Origin: Anaeramoeba ignava BMAN
Taxonomy: Eukaryota; Protista; Anaeramoebae
Assembly: GCA_028826165.1 (NCBI GenBank)
Contig: JAPDFW010000092.1
Coordinates: 558,001 to 622,000, forward strand
Direction of reading: 5' to 3'
Length of the DNA: 64,000 nucleotides
Every line of letters starts with the position of its first letter. Positions within the stretch are counted from its first letter, which is position 1. The notes under the pieces were generated by a model. That model worked only from the letters and a program-made list of their open reading frames with translations, made no database searches and was not told where the DNA came from. A program made the position numbers and the translations under genes. Positions 48,234-61,000 of the stretch are shown here, in pieces.

Positions 48234-51200
48234 TTAAAGTTGAAAATTATTTTGTTTTGATTCATTTGATTCTTGTATATTTTCTTGATCTTCAAAATTA
48301 GTTTCAGATTCATCATTTGAAAAATATAAATACAACATTTCAGATGCTTTTTCATAAATTCCATCATTTTGGCTTTGAGTTAGTGATGCAAAAATTGTTG
48401 GTGCTCCAATTTCTTCAAGATAATTTGCATATGCGTTTGTTTGTTCTCGATCTCCAAATTCAAGAATAGTTTGTAAAGCATCAAGACAAACTCCAACAAT
48501 TTTTGGATCATCAATATTAAGCATATCACAAATTGGTTTAATACAATTTTGTTGAACCATCCATCTAAAATAAATTTTGAAATAATTTTTGAAATAAATT
48601 TTAAAATAAATTTTGAAATAAATTTTGAAATAAATTTTGAAATAAATATTGAAATAAATATTGAAATAAATATTGGAATAAATTTTGGAATAAATTTTGA
48701 AATAATTTTGAAATAAATATTGAAATAAATATTGAAATAATTATTGAAATAAATTTTGAAATAATTTTGAAATAAATATTGAAATAATTATTGGAATAAA
48801 TTTTAAAATAATATTGAAATAAATTTTTAAAATAAATATTGAAATAAATATTGAAATAAATATTGAAATAAATATTGAAATAAATATTGAAATAAATATT
48901 GAAATAAATTTTAAAATAATTATTGAAATAAATTTTGAAATAAATATTGAAATAAATTTTGAAATAAATATTGAAATAAATATTGAAATAAATATTGAAA
49001 TAAATATTGAAATAAATATTGAAATAAATTTGAAATAAATATTAAAATAAATATTGAAATAATTATTGAAATAAATATTAAAATAATTTTTGAAATAATT
49101 TTGAAATAAATATTGAAATAAATTTTGGAATAAATTTTAAAATAAATATTGAAATAAATTTTAAAATAAATTTTGAAATAAATATTGGAATAAATATTGA
49201 AATAAATTTTAAAATAATTTTGAAATAATTTTTGAAATAATTATTGAAATAAATTTTGAAATAAATTTGAAATAATTTTGGAATAAATTTTGAAATAGAT
49301 TTTGAAATAAATTTTGAAATAAATTTTGAAATAAATTTTGAAATAATTTTTAAATAAATTTTGAAATAAATTTTGAAATAAATTTTGAAATAAATATTGA
49401 AATAAATATTGAAATAAATATTGAAATAAATATTGAAATAAATATTGAAATAAATATTGAAATAAATTTTGAAATAAATTTTGAAATAATTTTTGAAATA
49501 AATATTGAAATAAATTTTGAAATAAATTTTGAAATAAATTTTGAAATAAATATTGAAATAAATATTGAAATAATTATTGAAATAAATATTGAAATAAATA
49601 TTAAAATAATTTTAAAATAAATATTGAAATAAATATTAAAATAAATTTAGAATAAATATTGAAATAAATATTAAAATAAATTTTGAAATAATTATTAAAA
49701 TAAATATTGAAATAATTTTGAAATAAATATTGAAATAAATTTTAAAATAAATATTGAAATAATTTTTGAAATAAATATTGAAATAATTTTTGAAATAAAT
49801 ATTGAAATAAATATTGAAATAAATTTTGAAATAAATATTGAAATAAATATTGAAATAAATTTTGAAATAATTATTGAAATAAATTTTGAAATAAATTTTG
49901 AAATAAATTTTGAAATAAATTTTGAAATAAATTTTGAAATAAATTTTGAAATAAATATTGAAATAAATATTGAAATAAATATTGAAATAAATATTGAAAT
50001 AAATATTGAAATAAATATTGAAATAAATATTGAAATAAATATTGAAATAAATATTGAAATAATTTTTGAAATAAATTTTGAAATAAATTTTGAAATAAAT
50101 TTTGAAATAAATTTTGAAATAAATATTGAAATAAATTTTGAAATAATTATTGAAATAAATATTGAAATAAATATTGAAATAAATATTGAAATAATTTTTA
50201 AAATAATTATTGAAATAAATTTTGAAATAAATATTGAAATAAATATTGAAATAAATATTAAAATAAATTTTAAAATAAATATTGAAATAAATATTGGAAT
50301 AAAATTTTGAAATAAATATTGAAATAAATATTGAAATAAATTTTGAAATAAATTTTGAAATAAATTTTGAAATAAATATTGAAATAATTATTGAAATAAA
50401 TATTGAAATAAATTTTGAAATAAATTTTGAAATAATTCCAACAAAAAATCTTTTCTTCAATTTTGAAATAAATTTGAAATTCTTTGCTTCTTTTTCTCTC
50501 TTTTCATTTTATATAAAATCTAATTCAATTATTTGTGATATAATTGGAAAAAAAATTTTACCGAATTTGATCATTAGTTCCACCAGTAATAGAATTTGAA
50601 ACAGCCCAAATGGCTTCTTTTTTAATTTCAAAAGCATCATTTTGAATTATTTCAAGTAATTTAACAAATAAATGATCAACAAGCAAAACTTTCATAATTT
50701 GATCTTCAGTTCCTGCTGTTATATTAGAAATAATCCAACAAACTTCTTTTCTAATAAAATTATGTGGATTTGAAAGAAGTTGAAATAAAGTTGGAAGTGG
50801 ATTACAATCTAAAACACTATTTGTATGTTCATCAGTTCCTGAAACAATATTTCCAATTGCTCTTAAAGTAGGTGTTAAGATTTTAAAGTGTTGAGTTCTA
50901 AAAAAAATAAGTAAATTTAATTATAAATTTAATTATAAATTTAATTATAAATTTAATTATAAATATAATTTTAAATTTCATTATAAATTTCATTATAAAT
51001 TTAATTATAAATTTAATTATAAATTTAATTATAAATTTAATTATAAATTTAATTATAAATATAATTATAAATTATAAATTTCATTATAAATTTAATTATA
51101 AATTTAATTATAAATTTCAATTATAAATTTAAATATATAATTATAAATTTAATTATAAATATAATTTTAAATTTAATTATAAATTTAATTATAAATTTCA

Positions 51201-53354
51201 TTTTAAAATTTGGTTGTAAATTTAATTTTAAATTTAATTATAAATTTCATTATAAATTTAATTATAAATTTAATTATAAATATAATTATAAATTTATTTA
51301 TAAATTTCATTTTAAATTTCATTATAAATATAATTATAAATTTAATTATAAATTTAATTATAAATTTGATTATAAATTTGATTATAAATTTCATTTTAAA
51401 TTTAATTATAAATTTAATTATAAATTTAATTATATAAATTTCATTTTAAATTTAATTATAAATTTAATTATGAATTTCATTTTAAATTTAATTATAAATT
51501 TAATTATAAATTTAATTATAAATTTAATTATAAATTTCATTTTAAATTTCTGTTTTAAATTTCATTTTAAATTTGGTTGTAAATTTGATTGTGAAATTAT
51601 AAAATAGATACGATAAAAGCTTAACAAGAGAAGTAACTATATTTGCTTTCACACAAACATTAATATCATCATCAGGTCCATTAGTAAGATAAGAAATAGC
51701 AGTTGTTGCATGAATAAGAATTTGGGTATCAGGATGGGTTAAAAACTGAGACAATAAAGGTAAAAAGAACATAGTCTAAAAAAAAGCAAAGAAATGTATT
51801 AAAAATATATAAATATTTTGAATGAGGATGAAAATGATACTTTGGAAAAATCTGCTTTGGGTCTACCACGACAGAGATTGGAAATTGCCCATAAAATATT
51901 GCGCAACATATCGAGTGTCTGAATATGAGGAATAAGAGCTAGTATTTTAGGTACTACGTCTAGCTTAATAAGCATATCTCGATAATTGACATGATCACCA
52001 GCAATATTTCCAATTGCCCAAACAGACTAATTTTAGTAAAATATCAGTTCCGATTTGTTGTGAAATAAAAGACAATAAGAAAAGAAAATGATATAAATTA
52101 TGTGAGTTTAAATTATCAAAGTTTTGCTTTTAATTTCATTGATAAAATATGGAAATTCACTTGTTCTTGGACATCTGTATCTTCGGATAGAAGAAGATTA
52201 ACAAAATGTGGAATTGCACCAGATTCTACCACTTGATGCGTTTGTTCCTTTGTTCCTGATGCAATGTTGGTTAAAATCCATGCGGATTCGAACTTGAATA
52301 TAAATGAATTTCAAATAAAAAAAAGTGTGATGTTTTAATTTGGAAAATTATCACTTGTTTTTTCAATTATAAATTTTGATATAAAATTTAAACTTGGAAT
52401 TTTTTCTGAATTTATTGTTTTCTTGGATGTTATCAAGGGTTCCATTATTGATTTGTTAACTGAAAAAGGATATAAAACAAACCTGTATTTGACTATCATT
52501 TGCCTTCAAGAAAAGTAACAAAAAGAGGAATTAAACCAGTATCAACAACTTCTTGAATTGGAGGATCAACTTCTGCTGAGACCAATTTTCTGATGTAATA
52601 AAGACCTGAATTGATGTCATGAACACTTTCCGATTTGACAAGATTAACATAATTTTGTAAATCTTGGATCTAAAAAAATATAATCAAAAAATTTAATCAT
52701 AAAAATTTAATCATAAAAATTAATTATAAAAAAATATAATTATAAAAAATTTAATTATAAAAAATTTAATTATAAAAAAATTAATTATAAAAAATTTAAT
52801 CATAAAAATTAATTCAAAAAGATTTAATCATAAAAAATTTAATTCAAAAAAATTAATTCAAAAAGATTTAATTATAAAAGATTTAATTATAAAAAATTTA
52901 ATCAAAAAAATTTAATCATAAAAATTTAATCATAAAAATTAATTCAAAAAAATTTAATTATAAAAAATTTAATTATAAAAAATTTAATCATAAAAATTTA
53001 ATTCAAAAAAATTAATTCAAAAAAATTTAATCATAAAAATGTAATTATAAAAAAATTTAATCATAAAAATTAATTCATAAAAATTTAATCATAAAAAATT
53101 TAATTATAAAAAAATTTAATTATAAATTTATTTTGTTTAATTTGTTTTTTGTTTACTATTGCATCGTCACTTTGATCTTCAGAATCGGAATTGGAATCTT
53201 TTTCAAAAATGTTTCTTTTTTTCATCATAAATTCTTCTTTTTTGGTTTTACTTAATTGAACTACTTGTTGATGTCTTTTTCCTCGTGCTTCGTTAAGATC
53301 AATTTTGGATTTGAAATTACTTTTTCTTCTTTCTATTCTTTTTCGATAACTCAT
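48234..53354 (-). CDS. Importin subunit alpha (karyopherin alpha), multi-exon
   Basis: IBB domain (RRKSNFK...ARGKR...[16 protein letters not shown]); ARM repeats with [66 protein letters not shown]. Confidence 0.95.
48566..50440. repeat. 12-bp intronic minisatellite (tgaaataaatat/tgaaataaattt), ~1.9 kb
   Basis: Tandem 12-mers in the last importin-alpha intron; explains the (IYFN)n ORF. Confidence 0.92.
50912..51570. repeat. 12-bp intronic minisatellite (aaatttaattat)
   Basis: Tandem 12-mers in an importin-alpha intron. Confidence 0.9.
52675..53125. repeat. ~13-15 bp intronic minisatellite (aaaaatttaatcat/tat)
   Basis: Degenerate tandem repeat in importin-alpha intron 1. Confidence 0.8.
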
Positions 53355-53778
53355 TTTATTTTATTTTTTTTATATTTTTTTTTATATAAAAAAGAAAAAA
53401 ATGAAAAATGAAAAATGAAAAATGATTAAAAAAATTTTGAAAAACAAAAATAAAAATAATTAAACAATTTTTTTCCGTTTTTTTCTTTTCTTTTTTTTTT
53501 TAATTTTGAATTAGATTTTATTAAATTATTTCAAAATTAAAATTAAAATTAAAAATAAAATCAAAATTAAAATTAAAATCAAAATTAAAATCAAAATTAA
53601 AATTAAAATTAAAATCAAAATTAAAATTAAAATTAAAATTAAAATTAAAATTAAATTCAAAATTAAAATTAAAAATAAAATCAAAATTAAAATTAAAATT
53701 AAAATTAAAATTAAAATTAAAATTAAAAATAAAATTAAAAAATTCCAAAATCATTTTTTCATTTTTTTCTTTTCAAAA

Positions 53779-55564
53779 ATGAATGATTGTTTATTTTTTG
53801 GTCAAAATCAATATCCAAAACTTATCAAAAATGAACCAGAAAAAATAATAAAGCCAATTCAATTTAAATTTGAAAATGAAAATGAAAATGAAAATGAAAA
53901 TGAAAAACAAATTAAACAAATTTTTTCAGGAAGATTTTCAACAATTTTCCTTTTTGAAAATGGAAAAGCAATAGAATATTTAAAAGATTCAAATCAAAAT
54001 CCTTAAAAAATCCAAATTGAAAATATTCAAAAAGTAACTGTTGGTGTTCAAAATGAAGCTATTTTAACAAAAGAAGAAAATGTATTTGCCAAAGGAAATG
54101 ATATCTATTCAAATAATCCAAATCAATTTGTCAATATTTCATCATTAATTGAAGATAAAAATGATAGAATAATTCAAGATATTGTTTCTGGTGCTCATGT
54201 AGTTTACTTATTAACTTCAAATCAAAATGCTTATGGAATTGGTTCAAATCGTTTAGGTCAACTTGGATTTGATTCTAAAACACTTAAAGAAACAAAAAAA
54301 CCAATTTTAATGATGAAAAATGTTTCTAAAATATTTTCAGGAAATACTTCAAATCATGTTTTTCTTTTAAACACAAATCAAGAATTATTTGGATGCGGTT
54401 GGAATTATTATGCTCAACTTGGATTAGGAGAATCAACAAAAGAACAAAAAAAAATCAATAAATTAACCAAAATCCAAAATATTCCAAAAGGTAAAATAAT
54501 TGATATTAAATGTGGTAATTTTCATTCAATAATGCTGATTGAAGATGAAGATCAAAATCAAAATCCAAAAAGAAAATTTTATTCATGTGGGAGATATCAA
54601 TATAATGGATTTGGTAAAGCTATTTATGAATTTACTGAAATCAAATCATCTTTATTTGAAAATGATGATAATATTCTTGATTTTTCTGTTGGAGGATATC
54701 ATACTTTGATTTTAACTTCTAATTCAAAATTAATAGTATTTGGAGATAATTCTTATGGTGAATTAGGAACTGGAGATACAAAAAGTCAATCAATTCCAAT
54801 TCAAATTGAACTTCCTAAATTAAGATTTAATGAAGAAATTTTCAATTATCATGTTTGTTGTGGTAATTTTCATTCTTCATTTCTTTATTATTCTCCTTTT
54901 CTTTCTTCTTTTTCCAATCTTGAAGAAGATTTGATAAAATTATTTAGAAGAAAAGAATTTTGTGATATTTCATTTAAAACCAAAAATGGAGAAATAATTG
55001 AAGCTCATAAATTAATATTGAAATATAGATTAAATCAAAATCAAATTGAAATTGAAAAACTTCAAGAAATTATTTCAACTAAATCAATTAAAGAATCAAA
55101 TCAAATATTTGAAATGATTTATTCAAACAGAATAATAAATCCAAAATTATATTCTGAAATTGAAAGAAATTATAAATTCAAATGAAAAAATTGAAGAAAC
55201 AATTAAAAGAATTTATTTAAATGAAAATGAAAATGAAAATGAAAAAGATTTTATTATTGAAAGAAAAGAAAAACAATATAAATTTCCAAAATTAATATTA
55301 ATAATGAGAAGTGAATTATATCGAGGAATGTTTTTATCTGTAACAAATGATACTTCTAATAAAGTTACAGATTATAGTGAATTAAGTAATAAATCATTTC
55401 AAATATTTGAATATTGGATTTATTCAAATCAAATTAAAGAAGATATTCAAATTACACAAGAAATAATTGATGAAATTCAAATTGGAATTGATTATTTTCA
55501 ATTAAATCAAACAAATCCAAATTTATTTGATTTATTAATTAACAAATTTAATAACCAAAATTAA
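53779..55564 (+). pseudogene. RCC1-repeat - BTB protein, disrupted copy
   Basis: In-frame TAA at 54004-54006 where the paralogue has TCA, and a frameshift near 55160; otherwise colinear with 55761-57635. Confidence 0.75.
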
Positions 55565-55760
55565 AATAAAATTAAAAATTAAAATTAAAATCAAAATTAA
55601 AATTAAAAATAAAATTAAAATCAAAATTAAAATTAAAATTAAAATCAAAATTAAAATTTAAATTAAAATTAAAATTAAAATTAAAATTAAAATTAAAATT
55701 AAAATTAAAATTAAAATTAAAATTCCAAAAATCATTTTTTCATTTTTTTCATTTCAAAAA

Positions 55761-57635
55761 ATGAGTTCAAATAAAAAGAAAATGAATGATTGTTTATTTT
55801 TTGGTTTAAACGAAAATCCAACTCTTTCCCAAAATGAACCAGAAATAATAATAAAACCAATTCAATTTAAATTTGAAAATGAAAATGAAAATGAAAATGA
55901 AAATGAAAATGAAAATGAAAATGAAAATGAAAATGAAAATGAAAATGAAAATGAAAATGAAAAACAAATTAAACAAATTTCAACAAATTTTTTTGGAACA
56001 ATTTTCCTTTTTGAAAATGGAAAAGCAATAGAATATCTAAATGAAAATGATCCAAATCAAAATCCTTCAAAAATCCAAATTGAAAATATTCAAAAAGTAA
56101 CTGTTGATGCTGAAAATGAAGCTATTTTAACAATAGAAGGAAATGTATTTGCCAAAGGAATTGATATCTATTCAAATAATCCAAAAGAATTTATCAATAT
56201 TTCATCATTGATTGAAGATAAAAATGATAGAATAATTCAAGATATTGTTTCTGGATATAAGTCAATTTACTTATTAACTTCAAATCAAAATGTTTATGGA
56301 ATTGGTTCCAATTTTCAAGGCCAACTTGGTTTAGATTTTGAAACACTTCAAGGAACAGAAAAACCAATGTTAATGATGAAAAATGTTTCTAAAATATTTA
56401 CAGGAAACTTTTCAAGTTGTGTTTTTCTTTTAAATTCAAATCAAGAATTATTTGGATGTGGTGATAATGAATTTGCTCAACTTGGATTAGGAGAATCAAG
56501 AAAAGAAGAACAAATCCATAAATTAACCAAAATCCAAAATATTCCAAAAGGCAAAATAATTGATATTCAATGTGGATTTTATCATTCAATAATGTTGATT
56601 GAAAATCAAAATCAAAATGAAAATCCAAAAAGAAAACTTTATTCATGTGGATCTGCTCAATATAATGGACTTGGCAAAAATGAAAATACTTATGAATTTA
56701 CTGAAATCAAATCATCTTTATTTGAAAATGATGATAATATTCTTGATTTTTCTGTTGGATACAATCATACTTTGATTTTAACTTCCAATAATAAAATGAT
56801 AGGATTTGGCGATAATTATTTAGGTCAATTAGGAACTGGAAATACAAAAAATCAACCAATTCCAATTCAAATTGAAATTCCTAAATTAAGATTTAATGAA
56901 GAAATTTCTAATTATCATATTTCTTGTGGTAATTTAAATTCATTTCTTTATTATTCTCCTTTCCTTTCTCCTTTTTCCAATCTTGAAGAAGATTTGATAA
57001 AACTATTTAGAAGAAAAGAATTTTGTAATATTTCATTTAAAACCAAAAATGGAGAAATAGTTGAAGCCCATAAATTAATATTGAAATATAGATTAAATCA
57101 AAATCAAAATCAAAATCAAAATGAAAATGAAAATGAAAAACTTAAAGAAATTATTTCAAAAAAATCAATTAAAGAATCAAATCAAATATTTGAAATGATT
57201 TATTCAAGCAATTCCAAAATAAATCCAAAATTATATTCTGAAATTAAAGAAATTATAAATTCAAATGAAAAAATTGAAGAAACAATTAAAAGAATTTATT
57301 TAAATGAAAGTGAAAAAGATTTTATAATTGAAAGAAAAGAAAAACAATATAAATTTCCTAAATTAATATTAATAATGAGAAGTGAATTATATCGAGGAAT
57401 GTTTTTATCTGTAACAGAAGATAAATCAAATAAAGTTACAGATTATAGTGAATTAAGTAATAAATCATTTCAAATATTTGAATATTGGATTTATTCAAAT
57501 CAAATTAAAGATGAAATTGAAATTACACAAGAAATCATTAATGAAATTAAAATTGGAATTGATTATTTTCAATTAAATCAAACAAATCCAAATTTATTTG
57601 ATTTATTAATTAACAAATTTAATAATCAAAATTAA
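55761..57635 (+). CDS. RCC1-repeat beta-propeller - BTB protein
   Basis: Repeated GxNxxGQLG / CGxxHS motifs; C-terminal BTB-like segments (FCNISF..EAHKLIL; KDFII..ILIMRSELYRGMF). Confidence 0.88.
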   Translation: MSSNKKKMNDCLFFGLNENPTLSQNEPEIIIKPIQFKFENENENENENENENENENENENENENENEKQIKQISTNFFGTIFLFENGKAIEYLNENDPNQNPSKIQIENIQKVTVDAENEAILTIEGNVFAKGIDIYSNNPKEFINISSLIEDKNDRIIQDIVSGYKSIYLLTSNQNVYGIGSNFQGQLGLDFETLQGTEKPMLMMKNVSKIFTGNFSSCVFLLNSNQELFGCGDNEFAQLGLGESRKEEQIHKLTKIQNIPKGKIIDIQCGFYHSIMLIENQNQNENPKRKLYSCGSAQYNGLGKNENTYEFTEIKSSLFENDDNILDFSVGYNHTLILTSNNKMIGFGDNYLGQLGTGNTKNQPIPIQIEIPKLRFNEEISNYHISCGNLNSFLYYSPFLSPFSNLEEDLIKLFRRKEFCNISFKTKNGEIVEAHKLILKYRLNQNQNQNQNENENEKLKEIISKKSIKESNQIFEMIYSSNSKINPKLYSEIKEIINSNEKIEETIKRIYLNESEKDFIIERKEKQYKFPKLILIMRSELYRGMFLSVTEDKSNKVTDYSELSNKSFQIFEYWIYSNQIKDEIEITQEIINEIKIGIDYFQLNQTNPNLFDLLINKFNNQN

Positions 57636-58024
57636 AATTTAAATTAAAATTAAAATTAAAATTAAAATTAAAATTAAAATTAAAATTAAAATCAAAATTA
57701 AAATCAAAAATTAAAATTAAAATTAAAATTAAAATTAAAATTAAAATTAAAATTAAAATTAAAAATCAAAATCAAAATTAAAATTAAAATTAAAATTAAA
57801 ATTAAAATTAAAATTAAAATTAAAATTAAAATTAAAATCAAAATTAAAATTAAAATTAAAATTAAAATTAAAATTAAAATTAATATTAAAATTAAAATTA
57901 AAATTAAAATTAAAATTAAAATTAAAATTAAAATTAAAATTAAAATTAAAATTAAATTCAAAATTAAATTTTTTCATTTTTTTCTTTTTCATTTTTTTTT
58001 TCCTTTTCAAAAAAAAAAATTTAA

Positions 58025-61000
58025 ATGAGTGTTTTGCAAGGATTATTAGATTTAATTGAAAGTAAAAATAATTTGAAAAAAAAAAAAATTTTTTTAAAGA
58101 AATAATAATGAAATAAGATTAAAACAAAATTAGAAGGAGGATCACAAACAATTAGAAAAGTAGCAGCTCAACAATTAGGAGAAATACAAAAGTCTCGATC
58201 AAGAGAAACAAGTCATTTACTTGATTCTGTATCACATTTACTCAAAAGTAAGAATTGGGACACACGAGTTGCAGCAGGTTATGGACTTAGAGCAATATCA
58301 GAAAATGTTCCATTTTTTTATCCAGAAATTATTCAAGAAAATCAAAATCAAAATCAAAATCAAAATCAAAATGAAAATCAAAATGAAAATCAAAATCAAA
58401 ATCAAAATCAAAATGAAAATCAAAATCAAAATCAAAATCAAAATGAAAATCAAAATCAAAATCAAAATCAAAATCAAAATCAAAATCAAAATCAAAATCA
58501 AAATCAAAATCAAAATCAAAATCAAAATAAAAATCAAAATAAAAATCAAAATATTCAAGAAAATGAAAATGAAAATCAAAATGAAAATCAAAATCAAAAT
58601 CAAAATCAAAATCAAAATATTCAAAAAAATCAAAATCAAATTATTCAAGAAAATCAAATTGAAAAAGAAAAAATATTTAAAAATCCAAAATTTTCATCAA
58701 AAATGTCTTTCCAAAATTTTTCTATTCATGATGTTATGGAAAATGGTACACCTTTATTACAATCAAAAGGCTCCCAATACGAAGAATTCGATTTTTCAAA
58801 TCTTTCTCAAGATCAAATATTGGAGTTTCAAAAAAAAAATATTAACGAAATGATTGGCAAAAAGAAACAAGAAAAACTTGGAGTTGGAAATTTATTTATT
58901 CTTGGTGTAGATGATATTATCCAAGAAGAATTTAAAAAATCTTCAGAATCTAAAATTAAATCAAATTCAAATCAAAAACAAAATAGAAAACATGAAAGAG
59001 GAAATTTGAGATCCTCTATTAATTTGGAAGTTGGAAAACTCAGAAAGACAAGTAGTCTTGATTTAAAAAATCAATCATCACCAAATTCAAATGGAGCTAA
59101 ATCTGCAAGAGAAAGAATTGCAGAAAAATTAAAAAAAAACAAGAAAATAATCCCAAAGAAACCAATATTATCAACTCCCAATAAAAAAATAAATTCAAAA
59201 AAAATGAAAAAAAATGAAAATCAAAAATCAAAATCAAAATCAAAATCAAAATCAAAATGAAATGGAAAATCAAAATAAAAATGAAGAAAATACTTGGCCA
59301 TTTGAACAAATTGTTGAAAGACTTCTTATTGATTTATTTCATCCAAACTGGGAAATTCGACATGGAGCATGTATTGGTCTCAGAGAAATTTTACGAAAGC
59401 ATGGATCACAAGCAGGAATGCAAAAAAAAGGTACTGAAAAAGAGTTGCAAACCCAAAATTCTATATATATTGAGGATATAGTTATTCGCTTGCTTTCTGT
59501 TCTTGTGCTTGATCGATTTTGTGATTTTGGAGCAGATCAAGCTGTTGCACCTGTTCGAGAAACTTGTGCACAAACTTTGGCTACAATTTTAAAACATACA
59601 AATGAAAAAACAACAGCAAAAGTGATTGATATTTTGATTGTACTTACATCAGGAGAAAATTGGGTTTCAAGACATGCAAGTTTATTATCCTTAAAATACA
59701 CCCTTTCAGCACATCCTGAATTATGTGAAAAATTTTTCCCTCAATTACTTCCAGTTCTCATCAATGGATTAAATGATGATGACGACGATGTTCGTTCAAT
59801 TTCCTCTGAATCATTACTTTCTTTGGTTGAAAGATCGTCTCATTTATTTGAAAAGGACACAATCCAAATTGTAAATCTTCTTTGGAAAACTCTTCTCAAA
59901 CTTGATGATCTTTCTGTTTCAACAACTGGTGTCTTGAAATTACTTACTTCATTTTATTCCCATCCAAAAACACAGAAACTTTTAGCAGAAGCACAAAAAA
60001 AAATATCATCTCATAAATCAAAATCAAAATCAAAATCTAAATATAAATCAAAATCTAAATTTAATGAAGAAAATGCTCTTGATTCAATGCATTCATTAAT
60101 TTCAAGATTATTCCCTTTTTCTAGACATCCAATTTTTTCTGTTAAACTTTCTGTAATTAAAACTCTCAAAGAACTTCTTATTGTTTCTGTTGATATCAAA
60201 GACTGGATTGGGCAGATTCTTATAGATATTTTAAATAGTTGTTTCACAAATGTTCTTCTTGAAGAAGACAAAGAAATTCTTGAAATTTCTTCTTGGGTTT
60301 GGGAATTTTCCATATTTAAAGGAAGACATATAATCCCAAATTTGATTACTTTTCCAATTTTTCAAAAATGGTGTAATCGAATTATTTCAGATGAAGTCGT
60401 TTCAAATTCCCAAGCAAAATCACAATCTTCTCAATCAATTCAAAATAATTCATCTCAAAAATTATCTCAATCAAATCCAATTTCAATTTCAAATTCAAAT
60501 TCAAATTATAATTCAAATCCAATGAATTTTTCTTGTATAAATTCAAATTCAAACAATATTAGTTTTGATCAAGATTTTTCTTCTTTTTTCTCATTTGTAA
60601 ACTCAAAAGAAATAATTTCTTCTTCTACTACATCTTTATCATCTTCTTTTTTTTCTTCTTCTGAAGAACTTCATCTTCAAAAAATACTCAATTCATCTCA
60701 ACTTCTTGGAAAACTTTTTTCCATTTGTATGCTTAATACAAAACTTAATAGTTCTCTGTCTCAACTTTTCATTGCTTTATTAAAATCACCAAAATCAATG
60801 GATAAAATGATTGGAGCATTTATAATTTTTTCATCTTCTACTTTTCAGAATCAAATTCAAAAAAATGAAAACTTACAAAAAGAAGAATCAAAATTAATCA
60901 ATTGGAAATCAAAAGTATATTTTTTTTTTATTAATTTTAATAATTTTTTAAACCATTTTGTTGAAAATATTTTTTTTTTTCTAAATTTTCAAAAAAAAAA

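Noticed and set aside
54004-54006. TAA reassignment or readthrough
   Set aside because: TAA terminates intact conserved genes in this window; this is a single TCA>TAA change in a copy that also has a frameshift.
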